Source: a virus (Duplodnaviria; Heunggongvirae; Uroviricota; Caudoviricetes). Taken from it: DNA of 45,428 bases. The stretch covers positions 132,337 through 177,764 of IMG/VR virus record IMGVR_UViG_3300006467_000563, one strand, 5' to 3'. The stretch's first letter is position 1. Each line of letters begins with the position of its first letter. Positions 1 to 9,218 of this stretch are shown here, in pieces. A model generated the notes under the pieces. The model was not told the DNA's origin. It searched no databases and was given only the letters and a program-made list of their open reading frames with translations. The position numbers were made by a program, and so were the translations under genes.

Positions 1-200
1 CCACCAGTAAATTCGATTGGTCCACCACTCTTGTATTTCCCAGAAGATTTCTTTCCAAATGGGTCATAAATGCAGTTCGGGCACACATCTACTAATTCTG
101 GAAAAACTAAATGGGTTTTAACTGTAACATTCTGATTCAGTAAAATGTCATCTGAAATTTTTTCATGTGTCGTAAACACACTGTAAGGAATATATCCCAT
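1..200 (-). CDS. Probable head-completion/closure protein with CxxC motif, 3' truncated by window edge
   Basis: Not in ORF track. ATG at 200 overlaps the upstream TAA. Reads MGYIPYSVFTTHEKISDDILL...DVCPNCIYDPFGKKSSGKYKSGGPIEFTG, open to base 1. Function inferred from position. Confidence 0.55.
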   Translation of the reverse strand, partial: MGYIPYSVFTTHEKISDDILLNQNVTVKTHLVFPELVDVCPNCIYDPFGKKSSGKYKSGGPIEFTG

Positions 201-469
201 TAATCCTCCATAGGGTCTCTAAGTATTAATTTACCTTCAACAATATCCCCATACTCGAATTCTACACAAATTGTTTTTATTTGATTTAGTTCAATAAGTA
301 GTGAGTCTCTTTGTTCTCTTAATTGTTTTACATGATATTGCATAGTGAGTAATATCATGACGCAAACGATAGCCAACACACATATTGCATTGGCTACCCG
401 TTTGAGGTATTTTATTAAGTCGTTAAGATTATTATCCTGAAGTGTCACCTGTGTAGTATCGGACATCAT
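200..469 (-). CDS. Small membrane protein (one TM helix plus coiled coil)
   Basis: Hydrophobic AICVLAIVCVMILL followed by QLREQRDSLLIELNQIK; start chosen at MMSDTT inside the 200..505 ORF. Confidence 0.5.
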   Translation of the reverse strand: MMSDTTQVTLQDNNLNDLIKYLKRVANAICVLAIVCVMILLTMQYHVKQLREQRDSLLIELNQIKTICVEFEYGDIVEGKLILRDPMED

Positions 470-629
470 CCCACCTATCAGTGTATCTTGACTCCAGTTG
501 TGCAACAGGAGTTACTTTGTTAATTGTTGGTTCAATTTTATTATATGCCAGCTTATCTGCTGTAAATACAATTACTGAACCGTTGAAAATGTCATTTGCA
601 CTAATAGCTTTTCGAGCAATATCTGCCAT
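432..629 (-). CDS. Hypothetical virion-operon protein
   Basis: AGGAGA SD upstream; packed between neighbours. Confidence 0.55.
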   Translation of the reverse strand: MADIARKAISANDIFNGSVIVFTADKLAYNKIEPTINKVTPVAQLESRYTDRWDDVRYYTGDTSG

Positions 630-645
630 CTAGCTTTCTCCTTAA

Positions 646-1155
646 TTAATAGTTACGCATCGGATGATAATAATCAGATACATTAGAATTGGTGTATGGT
701 GTGAAGATGGCTTGACCGGCAACCCCATTAGGACCTAATGCCCAATCCATCTTTGCCTTTTCATAATCATCACACATCCTCTTACTCATAGCAGATAGCT
801 CTTTGGCAGATGACTGTGTGTCTAAACTAGAAGGCCCATCAGTCCACTTAACTGCATTCTTCGAAGCAAGACGTGCTTCACTTCCTATGATTACGCATGC
901 ACTTTTCAATGCGATGAAGTTCATGAAACTTTCATCTCCAAGTGGACGAGGGTCAGGGTCAATAGTTAAATCGGAAAGGTCAATTGAATATGTTCTATCA
1001 AATGCCATTTCATTTAAAACTAATCTAGCTGCTGTCAAACTAATTTCCCTTAGCTGATTTTCATCATAAACATAAGGAGAGATATTGTCTGAAATCAAAA
1101 CCCTAATCATAGGGATAACTTCTAATTCCCAAGTATTTGTACTATCACAAGTCAT
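646..1155 (-). CDS. Probable head-tail adaptor/connector
   Basis: 169 aa helical protein, IRVLISD N-terminus and KWTDGPSSLD motif typical of adaptor proteins; downstream of capsid genes. Confidence 0.55.
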   Translation of the reverse strand: MTCDSTNTWELEVIPMIRVLISDNISPYVYDENQLREISLTAARLVLNEMAFDRTYSIDLSDLTIDPDPRPLGDESFMNFIALKSACVIIGSEARLASKNAVKWTDGPSSLDTQSSAKELSAMSKRMCDDYEKAKMDWALGPNGVAGQAIFTPYTNSNVSDYYHPMRNY

Positions 1156-1158
1156 ATT

Positions 1159-1509
1159 TTACTCCCTATTGATTTTAATTGGTGCAACTTGTACTAATGT
1201 TTGTGCAGGAACAACATCTGATGTAGTACCACAAACAGCTTTCATATCATATGATTTACCTGCTGTACCAGAAGCAACTAAGAACTGAACTGCCTGTCCA
1301 GACTCTACAGTTTCTTCATGAATAGTACCCGCAGATATTGTTAGCGTATCATTATTAATCATAACGTTTGAAAAATACAGCTCACCAGTACAATCAGTGA
1401 GAACAGGGGTCCCTGTCAAAGTAACGCCTGTTTGTAATTTACTTGCAAATGAGATTGTTACCCATTCGACAGCATCGGCATATTTTGAATGCACTTCATT
1501 TACACTCAT
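1159..1509 (-). CDS. Ig-like fibre adaptor-type virion protein
   Basis: All-beta pattern with VQFLVASGTAGKSYDMKAVCGTTS, resembling phage fibre-adaptor proteins. Confidence 0.5.
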   Translation of the reverse strand: MSVNEVHSKYADAVEWVTISFASKLQTGVTLTGTPVLTDCTGELYFSNVMINNDTLTISAGTIHEETVESGQAVQFLVASGTAGKSYDMKAVCGTTSDVVPAQTLVQVAPIKINRE

Positions 1510-1775
1510 TGCACCTCCGTATAATCAGCACGCCCATTAATCGACGTGTATTGAAGAGTATTCCCTTTTGACGTGTATTCATCCAATGTGCCTTGACTGG
1601 TGTATTGAATTATTACATCCTTTGTAGTATACTCTAATTTAGTAGTCCTAGACGTATATCCGAGACCAACATAGTTCCCATCATAATCTGATATAATGAG
1701 AACATATGAAGGCCAATATGTATCTTGCCAATAGTTAGCAGGAAAAAAAGATTCCCCGAAATAATCGTATGTCAT
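1506..1775 (-). CDS. Hypothetical virion protein with YF/YW-rich N-terminus and (E/Q)YTS repeats
   Basis: YFGESFFPANYWQDTYWP start; about six 9-residue YT(S/T) repeats; translationally coupled. Confidence 0.55.
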   Translation of the reverse strand: MTYDYFGESFFPANYWQDTYWPSYVLIISDYDGNYVGLGYTSRTTKLEYTTKDVIIQYTSQGTLDEYTSKGNTLQYTSINGRADYTEVQ

Positions 1776-4123
1776 TATGAACTCGGCGTAATAGTCATAT
1801 TTGTTCTATTCTTATTCTCGTCAACAGTTGCAGCTACACGGGTAGCATTTCCGTTTGGAGTCTTAAATGTTAATCCGTTATCCTCGCTCTCTCCTGCCAG
1901 TACTGATAAGATGACAGAAAGTGCTTGTTGTAACGTATAATTACCCTGAGATTCTACCACAATTGCTGCTACTGCTGCCTTAACAGTATCAGAGTCTATG
2001 TCTGTTAATGCATTTATTAGAGCTGGGATAGTAAGATTAGTATCTTCCAATATAGCAGTAATCGACGTATTGTCTGGAGCAATTGTATTAGCTCCGTCTG
2101 TACCACGCATATCGGTATTTGTAGTACACACGTCTACTAATGCAACGTTCGCAACCACATCGTTGTCGGGGTCAAAAGTACTAAATCCTGTGGCTGTAAT
2201 CCAGTTACCTTGATTGGTTTGCAGTTCATCTGTATCTAGTAATATAGCATCTACTATATTGTCAATTACAGCAAGTGATGCAATTATTGCGTTCTGATTA
2301 GCTTCTGTAGCATCTCCACCGCTGCTAGACCAATTACTATCACCATATGTTTCCAGAGATGAGTTCAATCCGTCCAGCGTAGTTATAGTTCCAGTAATAG
2401 AATAACCAGTTTTATCTGTATTAGTTCCAACTGTTACACGACCAGTAGTCTCAGAAATTGACAAATCAGAGAAGTTGGCAGGCATAGCAGAAGCTAATAC
2501 AGCGTTGTCCGTACCTCGCATGTCTGTATTCGTTGTAGTTGTATCAACTAATTCAACATGTGCAACAGTATCTTCTGTTGGATTAAAATAATCACCAGAT
2601 GGTAATGTGCGACCATCGATGTATGATTCTAAAGTTGTAAAATCTGAGTCTTCACTCCAATTGAAATAGTCACCAGACGGTAAAGTTCTAGAATTAAGCT
2701 GTGCTGTCGTAGCAAGGCTAGATATATCAACAGTTACCCAGTTGCTTTGATTTGTTTGCAACTCGTTAGTATCTTCGACTATAGATTGAAGCTCACCACT
2801 GGCGTTCGACATATATGTTAACATTAACTCTTGATTTGCTAGTGTCGCATCACCACCGCCTCCACCAGTATTATAATCACCAGATGGAAGCGTTCTGCCT
2901 TCTATGTAAGACTCTAAATCTGTAAAATCTGCATCTACCCATTGAAAATAATCTCCACTTGGTAGTGTTCTGTTTTCAAAATCAGAAGTATTTGGTATAT
3001 TATCTAATAATTCACCAAATGTTCCGGGAAAAGTATGTGCTAGAGTAGACAAATCCCATACTTCACTAGCAATTTGAGTTGTAGAATGACTATGACTTCT
3101 TAACACGACAAATGCGTCTCCGCTAGATGGTGCGTCTATAAAAGGCTCGTCAAACACAAAACGTCCAGTTGAACCAGTATATCCTGTAGCTACCCTAGAT
3201 TGTCCATTTAGATTACCAGATATAAAAGATAGAATAGCATCTTGAAAATAATAATCGCCATATCCATTCAAATTACTATAAAATGAATAACTAATCAGAT
3301 TATCTGTAGCTTCGCCACTAGCTATTACTGGATTTGCGTATCTTAGTGATTCTCCAGTACTATTAACATTTAGATGCTCATTGATATTCTCATCCCAAAC
3401 AGCATCTGCTATGTCAGCAGCACTTGGGCTAGACCCTCCACCGATATCATCTACAGTATTAGAAGTTGTAGGATTAACATCGAAGAATTGAGATATATTA
3501 TTAGAAAAGTCACCACCGTTCGATTCTGTCAACGCGGTTCCTAGAATAGAATCTACATCTACTGAATCTTCACCTGAGTTGAAATAATCTCCAGATGGCA
3601 ATGTGCGTCCATCGATATATGTTTCAACAGAAGAAAAGTCAGCATCTTCTTCCCAATTAAAATAGTCTCCTGAAGGCAATGTTCTGGCTGCAAAGTCTGT
3701 ATCAACAATAACCTTGAAATCTGTAGTAGATGTGCTATCCCCTTGAATATTTCTAAGGTCACTAGGAAATAATCTGCACTCAACTCTAAAAGAAGTCTCA
3801 GCTAAATTAGATGCCCCTTTTAAAATTATAGAGATGTACTCTTCAGTAGATACTGCTGCGTTTGGTAGGTCTAATCTATACCACCCCGGAGCATTTGTAG
3901 CATCAACTTCTACAAAACCTCCACTCGTCCAAGACGCCTCGTCAGATGCTAACGAAGCGAGTGTTATCTGAGTAAGTGCACCTGTGGCACCTTTTTTGTA
4001 ATATACAGTCAGTCCACTTGTATTGTAAGCTAAACCTGTAAGCCCAGAGCCATCAGTGGCACTAGAATCTTGTAGGCAGATAATTATAGACTGACTTGTC
4101 TGTCCAGCTCTAAAAAATAGCAT
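1775..4123 (-). CDS. Long fibre-like virion protein with internal repeats
   Basis: 782 aa, S/T/D/G-rich; six RTLPSGDY repeats, ADIADAVWD motif, duplicated TTNTDMRGTD and GGDATxANQ blocks. Confidence 0.65.
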   Translation of the reverse strand: MLFFRAGQTSQSIIICLQDSSATDGSGLTGLAYNTSGLTVYYKKGATGALTQITLASLASDEASWTSGGFVEVDATNAPGWYRLDLPNAAVSTEEYISIILKGASNLAETSFRVECRLFPSDLRNIQGDSTSTTDFKVIVDTDFAARTLPSGDYFNWEEDADFSSVETYIDGRTLPSGDYFNSGEDSVDVDSILGTALTESNGGDFSNNISQFFDVNPTTSNTVDDIGGGSSPSAADIADAVWDENINEHLNVNSTGESLRYANPVIASGEATDNLISYSFYSNLNGYGDYYFQDAILSFISGNLNGQSRVATGYTGSTGRFVFDEPFIDAPSSGDAFVVLRSHSHSTTQIASEVWDLSTLAHTFPGTFGELLDNIPNTSDFENRTLPSGDYFQWVDADFTDLESYIEGRTLPSGDYNTGGGGGDATLANQELMLTYMSNASGELQSIVEDTNELQTNQSNWVTVDISSLATTAQLNSRTLPSGDYFNWSEDSDFTTLESYIDGRTLPSGDYFNPTEDTVAHVELVDTTTTNTDMRGTDNAVLASAMPANFSDLSISETTGRVTVGTNTDKTGYSITGTITTLDGLNSSLETYGDSNWSSSGGDATEANQNAIIASLAVIDNIVDAILLDTDELQTNQGNWITATGFSTFDPDNDVVANVALVDVCTTNTDMRGTDGANTIAPDNTSITAILEDTNLTIPALINALTDIDSDTVKAAVAAIVVESQGNYTLQQALSVILSVLAGESEDNGLTFKTPNGNATRVAATVDENKNRTNMTITPSS

Positions 4124-5274
4124 TATGCTGAAAAACCTCCAGACATTCCAGATGTCTTAATAAGTCCACCTCCACCACCACCTGATGATACGAGTTGGAC
4201 TGCCCCTATTGATTTATTTCCACTGACAGAATTGCCTAAAGCATTGCCAGTTGGTTGAAAATATGTAAGTCTGTTATCGTATGATACAGAACCAGATTTT
4301 GTAATACCAGATGAACCTTCTGAATAATTATTCTCAACAGTCATATAGTAATCTGAATTGTAAATATCTGTAGTATTGTCATAAAAATAATTATTAGCGA
4401 CCATACCAGCAGTTTCATTACTGACGCCTATATGATAAATAGCATTATCGAATCCTTCAAATATGTTATCTGCAATTATACATGCTCCACCACGATAAAA
4501 ATACGCAGCATATGATGAGCTACCACTAGTAATAACTGTGTTTCCGGTTATTTTCAGTGCGGCGTAATTATTTGTTACAGCGACTACAAAATCTGAAGAA
4601 CTATCAAGGTAAGCTATGTTATCTGAGATTATATGGTCGTAAGAATCATATGAAGTGTTAAAAAAGATACATCTATTTATAGTTTTCGTTCCTGAGTTTT
4701 CAAAATAGCAGCTAGATATCACAATAGGAGCAGTTGCTTTGATGCAATACCCGGCACAGTCATAGAATTGACAGTTTATTATTGAGTTTTTAGAACGAGA
4801 AGATACAATTATAGAATAAGTGCTAGATATGTTAAAATCACGAAAAACACAATTTAATACCCTACAGTTCAGACCTAATTTAACAGCCGCGTTAATATTA
4901 CTTGATGAAGTTAATTCTATATTTTCTATAGAATAGTAACTCATTGCATCACTAGCAAATCTATACCCATTACAATCTATAACCGCTCTCCCAGAATCTC
5001 CCGGCGTTGTGTCGTACCCTCTAAGTATTAATGGATAGTTACTATTAGATACCATTTCATTAAGAATACGATTGTTCTCAGTCAAAGTCATTGTGGTGCT
5101 AGATTTTATATTAATTCTATCAGTATTAAAACCACTGGAACTTTGACTCCAATCACCATCATACCATGAATCTACTACCCCACCAAATGTTTTCCAAGCG
5201 TCTGCCTCTGATGTTCCTGTATTAGTATCATCACCGTCTAATGGGTCTATATACCAATCTGTAACACCTGCCAT
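4123..5274 (-). CDS. Right-handed beta-helix (pectin-lyase-like) protein, putative depolymerase/adhesin
   Basis: WYIDPLDGDDTNTGTSEADAWKT N-terminus and repeated I-x-N-C-x-F / I-x-D-N-x turns typical of parallel beta-helices. Confidence 0.7.
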   Translation of the reverse strand: MAGVTDWYIDPLDGDDTNTGTSEADAWKTFGGVVDSWYDGDWSQSSSGFNTDRINIKSSTTMTLTENNRILNEMVSNSNYPLILRGYDTTPGDSGRAVIDCNGYRFASDAMSYYSIENIELTSSSNINAAVKLGLNCRVLNCVFRDFNISSTYSIIVSSRSKNSIINCQFYDCAGYCIKATAPIVISSCYFENSGTKTINRCIFFNTSYDSYDHIISDNIAYLDSSSDFVVAVTNNYAALKITGNTVITSGSSSYAAYFYRGGACIIADNIFEGFDNAIYHIGVSNETAGMVANNYFYDNTTDIYNSDYYMTVENNYSEGSSGITKSGSVSYDNRLTYFQPTGNALGNSVSGNKSIGAVQLVSSGGGGGGLIKTSGMSGGFSA

Positions 5275-5813
5275 TATTCACTCCATGCTGCTACAGCAGA
5301 TTTAATATCGCTTAATGATGCCTTTTGACTAATCAATGGATTTATACACTCATTGATTAATGCTATTCCAGCTCTCTCATTGGCGTTTTTTTGTCTTGCT
5401 AAATTCACTTCTTGTTCTGTAGGAAGGGATTCAAGGCCAAATGTTAAATATCTTTTACCAGTAGTAATACCAATTTCAAGTAGCATATTTAGTACAGTTT
5501 CTATATTAGCGTCCTGATTTGACTGAATAGCCGCCTGTACCATTATTCTAACAGCTTCGATAGTAAAATCTACACCTGTGTTTCCAAGCATTCTATCAAG
5601 CATTGTACCACCAGTTAGATTCGGAATAGCAGAGTCCCAAGTTCCTACTATTCCAGCGTCTACACCTTTTTCCAATAGTTTGAGATTGATACTACTCCAT
5701 GTATAAGGAGTGGTATCTCTAGCTATCTCTGTAGTCTCGTCTAGTTTAGCTACGCATTCTGCATCTGTTAGACCAGAAAATATTCCGTCCTGTAGTGCTA
5801 TTTCCAGTGTCAT
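5274..5813 (-). CDS. Hypothetical protein of the fibre cassette
   Basis: 179 aa ORF coupled (TAATG) to the beta-helix gene. Confidence 0.6.
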   Translation of the reverse strand: MTLEIALQDGIFSGLTDAECVAKLDETTEIARDTTPYTWSSINLKLLEKGVDAGIVGTWDSAIPNLTGGTMLDRMLGNTGVDFTIEAVRIMVQAAIQSNQDANIETVLNMLLEIGITTGKRYLTFGLESLPTEQEVNLARQKNANERAGIALINECINPLISQKASLSDIKSAVAAWSE

Positions 5814-5832
5814 TAATTACCCTTTATACATG

Positions 5833-5867
5833 AAAAAAGGAGCAGCCGCATAAGCCGCTACTCCTTT
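5833..5867 (-). terminator. Intrinsic terminator after major capsid gene
   Basis: Minus strand AAAGGAGTAGC-loop-GCTGCTCCTTTTTT. Confidence 0.8.
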
Positions 5868-5892
5868 AATTTTTTGTTATTTGAACTTACTC

Positions 5893-6906
5893 TTAGAAGG
5901 TTCCCAGAAGGATGCTTCTGTTATCCAGAACACCGTATCCTGAAGAATACCAACCGTAGTAAGAGATAGCCTGACGTCTGTGGAACTCAGGGTCAGAGAA
6001 AATCTCTACGTCCTGTGTTACAGGGTTTACGAAGTCAAGTTTGTGGTTCATATCGATACCAACGAACAACTCAACGTCGTCAGACATATCACCACCCAGT
6101 TTGTTGACAAAATAGTCTTGGTAAGGTTGTCCATTACCGAACTCTACCATTGGGTGAAGGTTTACACCAAACACTCTTGTTAGAGTAGAACTATTGTCCT
6201 GTGCGATGAAGATTTGGTGACGAGAAATATCGTCGATTTGGTCAAGACCCCAGTTACGAACGTCTTCTACACCTTCAACACTTAGGAAGATGTCAGTTAA
6301 CATTCTTTGGTCTTCACTAAATGTGTTACCACCACCGTTACGCTGCATAAGCACCTTGGCGATAGAAACTACACGCTTAGTCAGTTGTCCAGCAACAGCG
6401 TCAGCGTCGTAAGCAACTAAGTTACGGTCTGCACCAGCAAGCAACAGAGTCTGCCAAGAGTTCATGTTGATTTTCTTTTGAAAACCACCTTGAAGAATTT
6501 GCAGAGCACGAGTCAATGCGTTTAAGTTAGGATTTCTAGCTGTACGCATCAGCATGTCGATAGATGATTGAATCTGGAATGAACTAATCTTCACGTAGTC
6601 AGCTTCAATGTATCGCTCAGGGATACGCCCACCGGGAACACCAACGTACGCTACGTACTGGTCTTCCTCACCGGGAGCAAGAAGGTCAACAGGGTACTCA
6701 GGGTCACCGAATTCCCCACGGTCTTCAACAGTGAAGATACCTTGAGTATTATCACCGTCCAAGATAGCTTTACGAATCTGTCCTTGAACAGCTTTAGCAA
6801 AAAGGTCTTGTGCTTCAATAGCAACTTCTCTCTTTACGTGCCCTGTTCTTTGGAACAGGCTCATAAATTCCTTTTTAGCCTTTGCTTCTTGTACTGAATC
6901 AGTCAT
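5893..6906 (-). CDS. Major capsid protein (HK97 fold expected)
   Basis: 337 aa, follows protease and decoration genes, strong SD, own terminator, C-terminal YYGWYSSGYGVLDNRSILLG pattern. Confidence 0.85.
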   Translation of the reverse strand: MTDSVQEAKAKKEFMSLFQRTGHVKREVAIEAQDLFAKAVQGQIRKAILDGDNTQGIFTVEDRGEFGDPEYPVDLLAPGEEDQYVAYVGVPGGRIPERYIEADYVKISSFQIQSSIDMLMRTARNPNLNALTRALQILQGGFQKKINMNSWQTLLLAGADRNLVAYDADAVAGQLTKRVVSIAKVLMQRNGGGNTFSEDQRMLTDIFLSVEGVEDVRNWGLDQIDDISRHQIFIAQDNSSTLTRVFGVNLHPMVEFGNGQPYQDYFVNKLGGDMSDDVELFVGIDMNHKLDFVNPVTQDVEIFSDPEFHRRQAISYYGWYSSGYGVLDNRSILLGTF

Positions 6907-6929
6907 GTTAATATTTTCTCCTTTAATTA

Positions 6930-7388
6930 TTACGGTAGGTTAATAGATACTTTTACGTACCCGTCTTCGTCGGCATTACTTAGGAACTTACCAACCGCAA
7001 TATTACCGCCGTTGTTTACGTTAGTTAATAGACCTGATACTCCCACATAAGCAGTTTCTGGTGCAGATACAGTCACGTCAGGATGTACCATGTCAGTTAC
7101 TACCCATCCACGGTTACAGATAGTTACAGGAACACCAACTTGTGTTACCTGCTGATACCAGTTCTCGTGAACCCGTGTAAGGTCGTCGTTTGCTGTGTCT
7201 CCCATTAGGAAACCAAGTGGAGTACCACCTGAAGGGTCAGCAGCGTAACCAGCAACGGCAGTTGAGTCATCTAATGATTCCCCAGAACCTGCTGTTGTCA
7301 CAGATACAATACCACCACGTTCCATAACAGTAGCAGAGAAAAACCCGTGTACAAAGTCTTGTTGATTTCTACCAGCTTTTAAAGCCAT
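6930..7388 (-). CDS. Capsid decoration/cement protein
   Basis: 152 aa Gly-rich beta protein between scaffold and MCP, ending VGKFLS..DEDGYVKVSINLP. Confidence 0.7.
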   Translation of the reverse strand: MALKAGRNQQDFVHGFFSATVMERGGIVSVTTAGSGESLDDSTAVAGYAADPSGGTPLGFLMGDTANDDLTRVHENWYQQVTQVGVPVTICNRGWVVTDMVHPDVTVSAPETAYVGVSGLLTNVNNGGNIAVGKFLSNADEDGYVKVSINLP

Positions 7389-7427
7389 AAATATATCTCC
7401 TGTTTTTGTGTTAAGATGAACTTACTA

Positions 7428-8852
7428 TTATTTACTCATTAGTTGAGATAGGAAGTCAGCAGCAAACGCAACAGTTTGCTCATCAGCAGCCTCGTCATCT
7501 ACAACGGGGTCTGCTTCATTCTCTTCCTCAACATTTAAACCAGCACTTGCCTCTTCTTCATCTGATTCTTCAGCAGATGCTGCTGCAAGTTTGGCTTGTG
7601 ACTCATTGATGTCACCATGCATCTTAACAATTTTATCAAATTGCTCGTCGCTGGCACCAACCCACTCGTCTGCAATCTCTGCAGCACTGTCTTCGCTTTC
7701 GCCAACACTAATCAGCTTACCAATACGCTCAACACGCATAGCCTTAGCTTCGATTGTTTCTAGTTTCTTGTTTGCTTCTTCTAGCTCTTCAACCTTAGCA
7801 ACGAATTCTTTCTTTACAGCTTGTGCACTTTCCTCGTACTCATTTTTGGCTGTTTCCAGCTCAGCTTGAGCAGAAGATAGTTCAGACTCCATTGACTTAA
7901 TTTTGTCATTAAGCTCAGCAATTGTCTTGACATGTGCAGCAAGTTCTGCTTTAACGTGCTCATCACGTTCTTTTTGGAACTTAGATAATTCTGCTTTAAG
8001 AGCCTCGTGTACTTCAATTGATACTGTATCTGGCATGTTTAATTCCTCTTCTGTTTGTGTGTTTTCCGCACTTATAAAATCAGTATTTTCTACAACAGTT
8101 GCGTTTGAAAAAGTTTGCATATTTGAAAAAATAATGCTTCTCTTGTTAGCTGGATTGTCTACAATACCCTTACCACTAAATGAAAGGTTTTTGATAACAC
8201 GACCAAGCGTGTAACCATTGTATTCTCCGCTACCACCAAATTGACGTAAGTGCTTAGTCAACCAAGCTGTGTCTTCGTTACGAGCAACAATACGGCTATC
8301 ACCGTCTGAATTTCGAAGCCCATAATCAAAGTCATTAAAGAAACATTCCATTGACACATATGCTTCACCATTCGCAATTTTAGGAATCAGCTCAGCTACT
8401 GCTTTTCGCAGTTGTTCATTGGGGTGCTTCTTATAAAGCACTGCTGCGGTAATAATGTCAAAATTATCAGGGACATTTTCGAAGTCAGTGTCATCTGGAA
8501 TAAGATTTCTATCGAAATCATAAACAGAGCTGGCTACCATGTGCCCAATAAGTTTGTCAGAATGATTAAGATTCACCTGTTTGTTACACGGGGTGTTTCG
8601 AGCAGCCCACGCTTCGTACTTAGTGAAAATGTCTGTATTTTCGTTCCAACCAGTGGAAACTAAAACAGATTTGATGGGAGCTAAATCTTTTTGCTCGCAA
8701 ATGTTAGAGATTAAATCGTCACTTGCGTAACTACGAATAGTATCAGCAAAAAGGTCTTCGACAATAATTGCTGTTGAGGCAAAAGCGATTGATGCTTTAG
8801 CTTGAATTTCTTCTGCAAGACCGTCTTTTACTTCGCTTTTAAATATTTTCAT
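7428..8852 (-). CDS. Prohead protease fused to coiled-coil scaffold
   Basis: NLNH..LIGH, YVSMEC and GIVDNPA motifs of phage maturation proteases; acidic coiled-coil C-terminal half. Confidence 0.8.
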   Translation of the reverse strand: MKIFKSEVKDGLAEEIQAKASIAFASTAIIVEDLFADTIRSYASDDLISNICEQKDLAPIKSVLVSTGWNENTDIFTKYEAWAARNTPCNKQVNLNHSDKLIGHMVASSVYDFDRNLIPDDTDFENVPDNFDIITAAVLYKKHPNEQLRKAVAELIPKIANGEAYVSMECFFNDFDYGLRNSDGDSRIVARNEDTAWLTKHLRQFGGSGEYNGYTLGRVIKNLSFSGKGIVDNPANKRSIIFSNMQTFSNATVVENTDFISAENTQTEEELNMPDTVSIEVHEALKAELSKFQKERDEHVKAELAAHVKTIAELNDKIKSMESELSSAQAELETAKNEYEESAQAVKKEFVAKVEELEEANKKLETIEAKAMRVERIGKLISVGESEDSAAEIADEWVGASDEQFDKIVKMHGDINESQAKLAAASAEESDEEEASAGLNVEEENEADPVVDDEAADEQTVAFAADFLSQLMSK

Positions 8853-8866
8853 TGTTCCCTCATATG

Positions 8867-8876
8867 ATTATACACC
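8867..8876 (-). promoter_or_regulatory. Candidate late promoter GGTGTATAAT
   Basis: Same 10-mer also at 17551-17560; here 14 nt upstream of the protease ATG. Confidence 0.55.
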
Positions 8877-8913
8877 GTTTTTTATATATAATATATAATG
8901 GTGGACATTTGAT

Positions 8914-9216
8914 TTACTTAAATAGCTGAGATAGACCCTCTTGCACACCATTTGGTACATAAGACTTTGACTCAACTAATGTTTTATCTGCAGACGCGTA
9001 GTCTGTGGCAGACTTATTATCAGCGTGTAAACTAGTGTAAATTTCAAATCCATCTACATCTTCACGCTCAATACCAATATGTATTTCAGGCTTTCTTTCG
9101 CCTTCTTCTTCACCTTTATAAATTGAGACAGAGCGGACATCTGACAGTTCAGAACCATCAATTGCCACTTTGCACTCCTTAGTTACACTATCAAATGTAA
9201 TATTTACGATTGCCAT
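8914..9216 (-). CDS. Hypothetical protein between portal and protease
   Basis: AGGAG SD before MAIVNITF. Confidence 0.6.
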   Translation of the reverse strand: MAIVNITFDSVTKECKVAIDGSELSDVRSVSIYKGEEEGERKPEIHIGIEREDVDGFEIYTSLHADNKSATDYASADKTLVESKSYVPNGVQEGLSQLFK

Positions 9217-9218
9217 TT

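Noticed and set aside
200-469. Spanin or holin assignment
   Set aside because: TM plus coiled coil is compatible, but no lipoprotein partner or endolysin is adjacent
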